IMG/VR virus record: IMGVR_UViG_3300033993_001993
Length of the DNA stretch: 44,909 bases
Strand: one strand, 5' to 3'
DNA from: a virus
Lineage: Duplodnaviria > Heunggongvirae > Uroviricota > Caudoviricetes
A program made the translations under genes and the position numbers. The notes under the pieces are model-generated. The model was not told the DNA's origin. It saw only the letters and a list, made by a program, of their open reading frames with translations, and made no database searches. Positions within the stretch are counted from its first letter, which is position 1; each line of letters starts with the position of its first letter. Of this stretch, positions 34,105 through 42,729 are shown in pieces.

Positions 34105-35751
34105 TCACCAATTAATCATACCTTTAACTACCATATAAATTTCTTTATCAGTGAAGTTTGATAGTCTTTCTATAAATCCATTTATTTGCATACCATACTT
34201 ACCATACTCATTTACTTCTACCGTAACCTTATCTCCCGACAAATAAAATGAATCGGCACTTTTATCTTTATCTAATTCTATTGAAAATTCTATCGTTACA
34301 TCTCCTTTTGTCTGATGATATCCTTCCTCATTTATAAAGTCCCTAATGTATCTCTCTAATACTTCTCTTGGTAGTTCACCTGTCTTTGATATGATTTGTT
34401 GAAGAGATAGTCCTGTGTCTTGCATTACCTGAAATAAACCATTCTCTTCTATTGGTCTAAGTAATCCATACTTTTTGTTTTCCGATTCATTTAAATCGTT
34501 AATATCAGGATTAATTTCATTGAAGTAATCAAATATCATTCCTCCGTATTCCATCTTCATAAAATCATCAATCTCCTCATATGTGTCCTCATACTTTGGG
34601 TCGTATTCATTATATGGATAAAAATGTGGAATAACCCAACTTATTATGTCGGAAGCATAATCATACTCATCCGAATAATCGTTCGGGTCTGTTTCACTCA
34701 TTTCCTTTTTAATCAATCGTATGATGTTCTCCTCGTTAAATTCAGATGTTCTTCTTCTAATGTCTTTTCGATTAAAAAGTTCATTGATGTTTTGGGTAAA
34801 CAAACTATCATACCTATCTTTGATCTTATCGTAATAATATTTTGACAGGAAGTCATAAATTTCATCATAAGGTACTTTGTTTGATCTATTATCGGATAAA
34901 TCCATATAGTAAGCATCTATAAGGTGAGTTATAACTCCGTCGTTGAAATCATTAAAATTAAATTCAACATTATTAAGAATCCTTTCTAAAGAAAGACTGG
35001 TAACGATATTTAAATACTCATAGAATTCTTTGTCCATCAGGACCATATCAATTCTTCTACGAAAGAATTTTGATTCATTAATTGATTTTTTCTTATCATA
35101 CCACCACTGATGATCGTTATAATTATTTATGGTTGAGTTACCAGTTGTTACGTAATCAAATTGGTCTCCAAAATAATTTGGTATTTCTTTCTTTATTTTA
35201 TTGAAGACTGAAAATAGTTTATTAGAATCATTTTGATTAAAACTATTCTCGAATAGTCCTGTAATATGACATTCTTTACCACCATCAACAATATCAACAG
35301 CGACTCCTTTAAAATTTTCAGGTAGATCATAATCTTCCAACAACGATTCAATAAAAGTTGTAACGGCCTTTTCCAATGGAGCTCTTTTTTTAATTTTTTG
35401 TGTTTCTTCTTTTAAAACTTTTTTAATATGTTCTTTAAGGTAAATGTTTTCTTTCCCACAATCTTTTGTGGTGTTGCTATAGATGTCGACAGCAGTTTCA
35501 GTATAATCATATATGGTATGCCAAACCTCATCCATTACGTCATCATACATTTTCTGAATCCCTTGAGTAACGGGCCAAAGTTTTGTTCCTCGACCACCAA
35601 TAAATGTTATAGTAACACTTGGTGATTTAAATGGAGTTCCTCCCAAGGTATCAAATCTTTCATTTGGATCTTTAACCTCAATATCACATATTACGTGTTT
35701 GTATTCAGGTAAAATAAAATCCTGTATTATTTTATTAAGTAATTTTTTCAT
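34105..35751 (-). CDS. Multi-module protein with several internal leader-like junctions
   Basis: 548 aa; internal YLKEHIKKVLKEE, SINES, NINEL, DLNES. Confidence 0.88.
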   Translation of the reverse strand: MKKLLNKIIQDFILPEYKHVICDIEVKDPNERFDTLGGTPFKSPSVTITFIGGRGTKLWPVTQGIQKMYDDVMDEVWHTIYDYTETAVDIYSNTTKDCGKENIYLKEHIKKVLKEETQKIKKRAPLEKAVTTFIESLLEDYDLPENFKGVAVDIVDGGKECHITGLFENSFNQNDSNKLFSVFNKIKKEIPNYFGDQFDYVTTGNSTINNYNDHQWWYDKKKSINESKFFRRRIDMVLMDKEFYEYLNIVTSLSLERILNNVEFNFNDFNDGVITHLIDAYYMDLSDNRSNKVPYDEIYDFLSKYYYDKIKDRYDSLFTQNINELFNRKDIRRRTSEFNEENIIRLIKKEMSETDPNDYSDEYDYASDIISWVIPHFYPYNEYDPKYEDTYEEIDDFMKMEYGGMIFDYFNEINPDINDLNESENKKYGLLRPIEENGLFQVMQDTGLSLQQIISKTGELPREVLERYIRDFINEEGYHQTKGDVTIEFSIELDKDKSADSFYLSGDKVTVEVNEYGKYGMQINGFIERLSNFTDKEIYMVVKGMINW

Positions 35752-36197
35752 TTGACATAAAAATAACTATCCACATTTATATCTTTATATTTGTCGTCAC
35801 CACGTTCCATTTTTAAACTATCAGGTAAATCATTATATATGTCAGAAAAATTATTCACTAACTCTTTATTAATAAAAAATGGGTCATCAAATACTTTATC
35901 ATAATCCAAAGCAGAGAAAGGGTAAGGTTTTCCGTGTCCTGAGTCATAAATAAATTCGGGAGATCTTAAATATACTTTATTTGTCTCAAGTCCATAATAT
36001 TCTTTAACTTTTGGGAAATCTACAAGTAAGTTCACATAAATAGTATATGTATAATCATTTAATTCGTTAGCCAATTTCCATCCAACAATGAATGGATATT
36101 TTTTGGATAGTAATTTAACCGCAAGATTAATACCTTTAGTAATGTTTTTACTATTGTTAACCTCCTCTTTTAATATATGTCTAATTAATTCTTTCAT
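35748..36197 (-). CDS. Leader-bearing protein (MKELIRHILKEE)
   Basis: Translationally coupled tandem. Confidence 0.88.
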   Translation of the reverse strand: MKELIRHILKEEVNNSKNITKGINLAVKLLSKKYPFIVGWKLANELNDYTYTIYVNLLVDFPKVKEYYGLETNKVYLRSPEFIYDSGHGKPYPFSALDYDKVFDDPFFINKELVNNFSDIYNDLPDSLKMERGDDKYKDINVDSYFYVK

Positions 36198-37042
36198 TAC
36201 ATTACTTTATTCAAAAACATTTTAATTGTTCTAACTATTTTTTGTCTATACGGATCGTTTTCGTTAAAGTTTTCAAACGGTCTCTCGATTATATTATTTT
36301 CGATTAACATATAAAGTATCTCATTTATCTGTTTTCTTTTTGTGTCGAAACTTGTGATAACGTAGGTTTGTCCGTTAACGTCGAATTTAACTAACCTCAT
36401 CGGTAAATTATCTTCACCCCAACCCAAATCTTTATCCTCAACTTCATATCTTCTCATAAGAAAATTGATTACGTTTTTCTGTGTGTCCTCAACACTTTCG
36501 TAAAGAGATGTTTTTTTATATAACTTACTTCTTAATTGTAACATTTCATCAAATGGATCTGTAAATGGTACTATAGGGAAATCAATTTGATCAGCATTTT
36601 CACCATTTATTTCCTTAATAGTAATATAATTAGGTGTGTTGAACCTAATTTTTTCGTAATTTTTATCTAAAGAAACATTATATGGACTATCTTGTCCTTC
36701 AATAATAAAACGTTTAACCAAGTTATCTTCCTCCTCAGTTAATTCACTATTGTCATAAGTAACATTAACTATTGGCCAAAAATTAGTATTCCACTTGTTT
36801 GCCTTCATTCCAATGATATCAAAGTTGAACGGGAAATCGATTCCATCATAACCAAAGGTGACTTTACCTTTAAGAGATTCAATTCTATCAATTATTGCCT
36901 TGTTATCTTTGAATACTCTTTTAAGGTTATTTAGTCCACCGACAAGTTCAGCGGCACTAAAAATACCTTCATTTTGAATTACTTTTAATAACTTAAGTTT
37001 ATTCGATTGTTCTTTTAAGATATGTCTAATTAGTTCTCTCAC
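36197..37042 (-). CDS. Leader-bearing two-module protein (GTG start, RELIRHILKEQ)
   Basis: G..AAELVGG..NL module; internal SLYES. Confidence 0.88.
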   Translation of the reverse strand: MRELIRHILKEQSNKLKLLKVIQNEGIFSAAELVGGLNNLKRVFKDNKAIIDRIESLKGKVTFGYDGIDFPFNFDIIGMKANKWNTNFWPIVNVTYDNSELTEEEDNLVKRFIIEGQDSPYNVSLDKNYEKIRFNTPNYITIKEINGENADQIDFPIVPFTDPFDEMLQLRSKLYKKTSLYESVEDTQKNVINFLMRRYEVEDKDLGWGEDNLPMRLVKFDVNGQTYVITSFDTKRKQINEILYMLIENNIIERPFENFNENDPYRQKIVRTIKMFLNKVM

Positions 37043-37545
37043 AGGTACTCTTGTAAATCGTATTTATCTATTATTTGGTTGTATATTTGTGTTCTTGCCC
37101 TTTTACCTAATGTATTTCTTTTAGTAATAAATGAATAACCAAATCCATAATCACCTGATTGACCAACAACTCTCCATATTTTTTGACCTGAGTAAAGATC
37201 CCTTGGTATCAATTGAGCATTAAACTTATAAGTATGACCATTAGTTGTCCAACTAAACTCACCTAAATCTTTCATATCTTGACCTGAAAACCTAATTGAT
37301 GGTAAATTTAACTTTTGAACAATTAGATCATCAATATATAAATTGGGATCTATAGTTAATCTTATCGGTCGGAATCCCGTTTCTTCGTAGTATTTCATTA
37401 TATCACCATTATATAAGATCTTAATTAAATTATCGGCACCACCAATATATTCTATAGCACCTGCAAGACCTTCATCATCAATCAATTGTTTAACTTGATC
37501 CTTGACTATACTTTCATTTAATATTTTTCTTATTAGTTCTCTCAT
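37039..37545 (-). CDS. Leader-bearing protein (MRELIRKILNES)
   Basis: G...EYIGG..NL module. Confidence 0.88.
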   Translation of the reverse strand: MRELIRKILNESIVKDQVKQLIDDEGLAGAIEYIGGADNLIKILYNGDIMKYYEETGFRPIRLTIDPNLYIDDLIVQKLNLPSIRFSGQDMKDLGEFSWTTNGHTYKFNAQLIPRDLYSGQKIWRVVGQSGDYGFGYSFITKRNTLGKRARTQIYNQIIDKYDLQEYL

Positions 37546-38183
37546 TGTCCTCTTAATCTTTCCATTTCATCACCGCGAAGTTTTTCTAAATAAGTTTTTT
37601 CAATCCAACCTGGTTCTTCATTTTCATATTTTAATATATCATCTTTTTTAAAAAGTGTGGTTTTAAGAATATATTGTATCATATCCTCATCACTCACATC
37701 TTCAGGTTTTGTTACTGGTGGTACGCAAGTTTCAGCGTCTCTACCAGTAACATCAAATTCATCAATATAGATATCATTTCTACCCATAAACTTTTGAATT
37801 TCACCTAAATAAGTATCGTCAAACCATTCTTCAAAAAGGTATTTTAAATAACTTGCCCTTACAGGAATATCTAACGATAACTCTTCAAATACATTTTTTG
37901 GAACTGTTAGGTAACCTCGCTCAAGATCTCTTTCTTCGGTTTTTCTTTTATCATCATAAACACTATAATCAACATTAAAATATAAAGTAATATGTAATAT
38001 TTCTTTTCCGTGATTACAAAATTCAAAACTATGTGTTGATTCCCACGATTTGTTGTGGTACATTTGAGCACCATTAAAATAATCATTTAACCATCTATAA
38101 ACAAGTTGTTCTACCTTTGGTGTAGGTTTAGAATATTTTCGATTAACTTCTTCTTTTAATATATGTCTGATGAGTTGTTTCAT
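37542..38183 (-). CDS. Leader-bearing protein (MKQLIRHILKEE)
   Basis: First gene of a five-gene coupled run; TATTTAT at 38185-38195. Confidence 0.88.
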   Translation of the reverse strand: MKQLIRHILKEEVNRKYSKPTPKVEQLVYRWLNDYFNGAQMYHNKSWESTHSFEFCNHGKEILHITLYFNVDYSVYDDKRKTEERDLERGYLTVPKNVFEELSLDIPVRASYLKYLFEEWFDDTYLGEIQKFMGRNDIYIDEFDVTGRDAETCVPPVTKPEDVSDEDMIQYILKTTLFKKDDILKYENEEPGWIEKTYLEKLRGDEMERLRGQ

Positions 38184-38239
38184 TATAAATAAATATCCTT
38201 AAAGATAGTTATGTGTTGAATATTTTGTATCTTTATAAT

Positions 38240-38512
38240 ATGAAAAAGATATTCGCATACGTTTTGGTTAACATCTTCACTTGGAATCCTGATAAGTCGT
38301 TAGAGATTGTTAGAGAGTTTCTTGGATCTGATAATTTAAGTAAGGCGAATACAAGAAAAACTCCCTCATTGGTAACCCCACCTTTGAGATCAAAAAGTAA
38401 GAGAGAAGAAATTATTGATAGTTTGAACTACTTAAGATCTAAGACAAATAAAACTAAACAAGACAAAGAATCCATCTACTCTTTGGAGATGGTTCTAAAG
38501 AATCTTGCGTAG
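38240..38512 (+). CDS. Hypothetical protein (90 aa)
   Basis: Start moved to 38240; TATCTTTA at 38228-38235. Confidence 0.7.
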   Translation: MKKIFAYVLVNIFTWNPDKSLEIVREFLGSDNLSKANTRKTPSLVTPPLRSKSKREEIIDSLNYLRSKTNKTKQDKESIYSLEMVLKNLA

Positions 38513-38516
38513 TTTA

Positions 38517-40058
38517 TTATCTGTTGATTTTATAAGGTTTTGATTTGATTTTTGATTTGGTAATTCTAACCGATTCGTTAACATCAATCTCATACTCAGG
38601 TTCATATCTTTCGTCACCAGCTTTTGCAATCTTTTCTTTAAGAACTCTTGCAAACTCACGTTGGATCATCTTCGTAAACTTAACATATGCCGAATCTTCA
38701 GCATTTGCATCGTAACTATATTTTCCTTTTGGTGGTCTTTTTCCACGACCAAAGTAATTCAATGCCGATATGTTTGTAATACATTTGTGTCCACCACTAT
38801 TAGCATTTATTAAATCCCAAGCGCTAACTTGTATAGAATCCATTAAGTCCATTTCTTTTTCGGATAATTCCTTGAATGGTGTATCCATTGCTTTTTTGAT
38901 AACCTCTAAAGATTTTTCACTTGTTTTTGATCCATCGAATTTATCACCATAAAGTGCCATAAAATCTTTGAATGTAAATCCAACTGACTCTCCTCCGAAA
39001 TCTTTTCCTGATTCAGATACCCACTTTATTGTTGATAATGGAATCATTTTTTCTCTTAATTGAGATTCCCATTTACCTAAGACCTCATCTTTAACCTCAC
39101 CTAAGTTAACACCTTTAAGTGCTCTTTCTTTCTTAAATGGATTACAAGATGCCTGAACCATTCCCATTGGCCAAGCAATTACCAAGAAGTCAGCTTCAGG
39201 ATTATTTCTAAATGGAGTAAATCGATCATATGATCCAGGTCTCATCATATTACCACCACCATATTGAACGATTACTTTATCTTGAAGATCGACGTTTGGA
39301 TTCATTTTCTGAGACCTAACATAATCTTCTTTGTTTTTTTCTAAGTTCTCAATACTAGCATACCCTTTTGTTTTCATCTGATCTTTAATGTTTAATAACA
39401 TACTCATTAAAGATGGTTTAGCATTCATAACAATATCTCTTAAGAAATTAGGTTTGTTTTTAAATGCTAAAAGAAGTTTGTTTGTAATCAAACCTAATAG
39501 TTTTTTGTTTTGACCTACTGATTTTTCTCTATCGAACTTATACAAATAATTCATTACCTGTTCTGGTGTGATATCATTCTTTGCGTAGTCAGCCGAATCC
39601 ACCATTGAAATTAACTCAATATCATCTTTGGTGAAGATATCCTTTGGTGAAATTGTTTGAGAGATCGTCTCAACGTTTGATCTTGATGGTTTAAAGTTTG
39701 TTGAGGTTCCTTTTTCAACACCCGCTTGAGTATCGTGGTGATCTGTATGAATAACAAACATTGGTTTTCCGTGAGCAAAATCAACAAGTACTGGCATTAT
39801 ATCACCTGAAGCATCTTGTTTCTTAATCGCAAACTCTTTGTCCCCATATTGGATTATCTCAGCATCAACAACTTTGATCCCGTGTTGTTCCAAATAGTTT
39901 TTCATCGCTAAAGCCGTAGTTACTCCATCCAAATCTTGGTGAAAGTAAATTTTAGCCATTGGGTATCTCTTTGCTAATTCACGTATGTTTCTTATACCAC
40001 TTTCAGTTAAAATACCTTTAACCTCTTCCTGTAATACTTTTTTAATTAAACTTTTCAT
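38517..40058 (-). CDS. DHH-family phosphoesterase-like protein with N-terminal leader
   Basis: MKSLIKKVLQEE...ILTES leader; FHQDLDG, VLVDF, HTDHH motifs; TATTTAT at 40064-40070. Confidence 0.78.
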   Translation of the reverse strand: MKSLIKKVLQEEVKGILTESGIRNIRELAKRYPMAKIYFHQDLDGVTTALAMKNYLEQHGIKVVDAEIIQYGDKEFAIKKQDASGDIMPVLVDFAHGKPMFVIHTDHHDTQAGVEKGTSTNFKPSRSNVETISQTISPKDIFTKDDIELISMVDSADYAKNDITPEQVMNYLYKFDREKSVGQNKKLLGLITNKLLLAFKNKPNFLRDIVMNAKPSLMSMLLNIKDQMKTKGYASIENLEKNKEDYVRSQKMNPNVDLQDKVIVQYGGGNMMRPGSYDRFTPFRNNPEADFLVIAWPMGMVQASCNPFKKERALKGVNLGEVKDEVLGKWESQLREKMIPLSTIKWVSESGKDFGGESVGFTFKDFMALYGDKFDGSKTSEKSLEVIKKAMDTPFKELSEKEMDLMDSIQVSAWDLINANSGGHKCITNISALNYFGRGKRPPKGKYSYDANAEDSAYVKFTKMIQREFARVLKEKIAKAGDERYEPEYEIDVNESVRITKSKIKSKPYKINR

Positions 40059-40082
40059 CACATATAAATACTTTAATAAAAG

Positions 40083-40111
40083 AAAAATCCCCACAATTAT
40101 GTAGGGATTTT
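40083..40111 (-). terminator. Intrinsic terminator
   Basis: AAAAATCCCCAC-AATTAT-GTAGGGATTTT. Confidence 0.75.
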
Positions 40112-40138
40112 ATAGTTTTGTGTTGTACGAAAATTATA

Positions 40139-40690
40139 TTATTCCGCAGTTTCAGATTGAGGTTCTAAATTTTCTACCATTTCTAACATCTGAACATCTA
40201 AGTTTAACTTCACCTCATCACTTAATAATACTCCTCCTGTGTCAAGAGTCGCGTTCCAAGTAAGATCATAATCTGAACGATTAATTACTCCGCTAATTTC
40301 AAATCCGTGTTTTGTGTTACCCCAAGGATCCGTATTTTTACCATTGTATTCGATGTCCAACTCAATTTCTTTTGTTGTATCTTTGATTGTCATTTCACCT
40401 TTCATCTTTCCATTGTCAAGATTAACGTAAGTTGATTCAAAATACATTTTAGGGAACCTCTCCGTGTTGAAGAAATCTTCATTGTTAAGGTGTTTATCTC
40501 TATCTGTGTTACCAGTAGAAATTGATTTAACTTCAGCCTCAAATCTAACCTCAGCATCTGACATATCATCCATAGTGTATTTCATTCCACCTGAATAATC
40601 AGTTAATGTTCCTTTAACATTTGATACCATCAAGTGTTTAATTTTAAATCCCAAGTCAGAGTGAGATGGGTCAATTACTAATTGTTTCAT
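40139..40690 (-). CDS. YceI-family (polyisoprenoid-binding) protein
   Basis: IDPSHSDLGFKIKHLMVSNVKG...SISTGNTDRDKHL...FF..ERFP...DPWGNTKHGFEISGVINRSDY. Confidence 0.92.
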   Translation of the reverse strand: MKQLVIDPSHSDLGFKIKHLMVSNVKGTLTDYSGGMKYTMDDMSDAEVRFEAEVKSISTGNTDRDKHLNNEDFFNTERFPKMYFESTYVNLDNGKMKGEMTIKDTTKEIELDIEYNGKNTDPWGNTKHGFEISGVINRSDYDLTWNATLDTGGVLLSDEVKLNLDVQMLEMVENLEPQSETAE

Positions 40691-40773
40691 TTTTATATTT
40701 ATTTTGGTTTATTTTCTTACCAAAACATAATCCTTTTATCGGGACTTGTAAATTAAAAATGTCTTGATTTATG

Positions 40774-41412
40774 TTAAGATTTTAAGTTAAACCTAGTTGC
40801 GTAATATGTAGCGGTATCACTATAGTAGTCCTGTAAAAGTGGATATTCATTAATCACATCGTCTATGTTAGAGTACAAACGCTCTGACTCCCAATACGTT
40901 TCTTTCTCTTCTAAAAAATCGTAATATTTTTCCACAGCTTCACCAACATTTTCCTCTTTACCGTTAACGGATGCTCTTAATGGTTTAAATATATTTTTTA
41001 TTGAGTAATTATCAAATTCCCAATCAGTGTTAAATCCTTCAGAAACCCCATAAATCTTAACCTCACTATATTTGTCGGGATAATGAAAAGTTATAACGGA
41101 AATATTATTTAATACATTTTGTATTTTTTCGGTTACCTCTTCACTCAAATATAACCCATTATCAATGTCTTCGTTATGAATCATAGGTTTTAATTTTTGA
41201 TTTATATAATCCCCAAATTCATCCAACACACCTTCAAGTTTATAAAATAATATTGGTCTAAAATATGGCACATCGTTTGGATTTTGAGCCCTAAAATAAA
41301 CATATTCATTTTTTTCGGACACTTTTACTGGTGTGAGTATCATCCCATCAACATCAATGGTGCCACCTTCAAACTTTTTTAATAAACTTAATATTTTTTT
41401 ATCGTTCATCAT
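40774..41412 (-). CDS. Hypothetical protein (212 aa)
   Basis: TATGTTTG at 41414-41421, inside the lysozyme 3' end. Confidence 0.8.
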   Translation of the reverse strand: MMNDKKILSLLKKFEGGTIDVDGMILTPVKVSEKNEYVYFRAQNPNDVPYFRPILFYKLEGVLDEFGDYINQKLKPMIHNEDIDNGLYLSEEVTEKIQNVLNNISVITFHYPDKYSEVKIYGVSEGFNTDWEFDNYSIKNIFKPLRASVNGKEENVGEAVEKYYDFLEEKETYWESERLYSNIDDVINEYPLLQDYYSDTATYYATRFNLKS

Positions 41413-42320
41413 ACAAACATATTATATTCATTATTCCTTCTCACCTCAAGGCCAGGGAATTTATCAAACATATGTGAACTTGTCTGAAGGATCAATTCTT
41501 TGGCTCCTTCTAAATCACCTCTTTTAACCGCTTGTATGAAATCACTTTTCCTAATTCCACTACCCATATTGTATGCCATTGACACCATCGCATCATACAT
41601 ACCTTGCGTTATTTTTGTTTTAATACCTTTTTTCTCCCAATCATCTAAAATTTTATTTATGATACCTTCAGCTTCAATGATATCATTTTTAAGTAATGTT
41701 TCAGCATTTTTTTTGGTTATTGCAGTTTGACCTGGTACGATATCATTGTAGTTAGGTAAGAATTCATAACCCTCATCTTCACCTGGAAATATTGCGTGAC
41801 CATATCCTATTGTATATGCTCCGTCACCAATGTCGTATGCTGTTAAAATCGGTTCGCCTTTATGTCTAACAGACCCTTCCTCTCTTTTTAAATGGTTAAA
41901 GATCCCTTCAGAAGATTTTCGAATCCTTGGGATCTCCATAGATTTAAAAATCTTCTTCTCTGTTTTAACAACATTCTGTAATGGTGTTTCTAAGTAATTG
42001 TTGATTTGGTTTAACGATAATAACCCTAAGAAAGAATATAGAACATATTTTAATATTCTTTTTTTTAAATCACTTGGTAGGTTTTTAATCTTTTCTTTTA
42101 AGTTGGATAGATATTCTTTTGCGTCTTCTTTGGTCTTAACCCATAGTTTTGAAAGGTCTAACTCATTTTTAACTTCAGTGAAATCCCACTCCATATCGGG
42201 TTGTCTTTCTTCATCTTCAGTAAGGATGGAAAGTTTAAATACCATCTCCTCAAGTACTTGATTATAATTTAATCGAGATTGTATGATCTTATATTGTTGC
42301 TCAGTTATTGATAATTTCAT
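41409..42320 (-). CDS. GH24 phage-type lysozyme with leader and N-terminal extension
   Basis: MKLSITEQQY leader; HLKREEG...AYDIGDGAYTIGYGH...YDAMVSMAYNMG...GLEVRRNNE; TATTTAT at 42325-42331. Confidence 0.88.
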   Translation of the reverse strand: MKLSITEQQYKIIQSRLNYNQVLEEMVFKLSILTEDEERQPDMEWDFTEVKNELDLSKLWVKTKEDAKEYLSNLKEKIKNLPSDLKKRILKYVLYSFLGLLSLNQINNYLETPLQNVVKTEKKIFKSMEIPRIRKSSEGIFNHLKREEGSVRHKGEPILTAYDIGDGAYTIGYGHAIFPGEDEGYEFLPNYNDIVPGQTAITKKNAETLLKNDIIEAEGIINKILDDWEKKGIKTKITQGMYDAMVSMAYNMGSGIRKSDFIQAVKRGDLEGAKELILQTSSHMFDKFPGLEVRRNNEYNMFV

Positions 42321-42338
42321 ATTAATAAATATAATCAA

Positions 42339-42698
42339 TTACTGTTCAAAAGTAATTTTTGAAATTTGTATATCCTTAATGTTAAAATAAACTAGTTCAT
42401 TTAAAAGATCCGTTATATTTTGGTAGTTTCTAATTCGTTTATTTGCGTGGATGTTATTTCTTCTATTAAAGTAAGTGTAGTAGTATTCATTAAGTTTAAC
42501 AGTAACGTCCACCTCGTAAACACATTTATCAGAGTAATATAAGTTTTGATATTTTCGAATATTAACTACCTTGATGGTACAATCATTAGGTCTTTGGAAT
42601 CTTCCTTGGAATTCAATTCCTTTTTTCTTAATTAATTTTTTAACAAACTTAATATCCGTACATTTAATTGCTCTCCCTATTTTTAAGCTGTGTTCCAT
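42339..42698 (-). CDS. Basic hypothetical protein (119 aa)
   Basis: TATATTTG at 42703-42710. Confidence 0.75.
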   Translation of the reverse strand: MEHSLKIGRAIKCTDIKFVKKLIKKKGIEFQGRFQRPNDCTIKVVNIRKYQNLYYSDKCVYEVDVTVKLNEYYYTYFNRRNNIHANKRIRNYQNITDLLNELVYFNIKDIQISKITFEQ

Positions 42699-42729
42699 AG
42701 AACAAATATAGTTAATTTTTTAAAATCAA

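Noticed and set aside
34000-34110. Frameshift or readthrough extension of the 548-aa ORF (GDNILLHIDSEMMGKVFEK...)
   Set aside because: No slippery site evident and TGA is followed by TAA; may be a displaced gene tail.
9642-42338. Longer N-termini given by the track (e.g. 9708, 29423, 40094, 42338)
   Set aside because: The extensions (IFIN, KYLYV) are just the upstream motif read in frame; the downstream ATG starts the shared leader.
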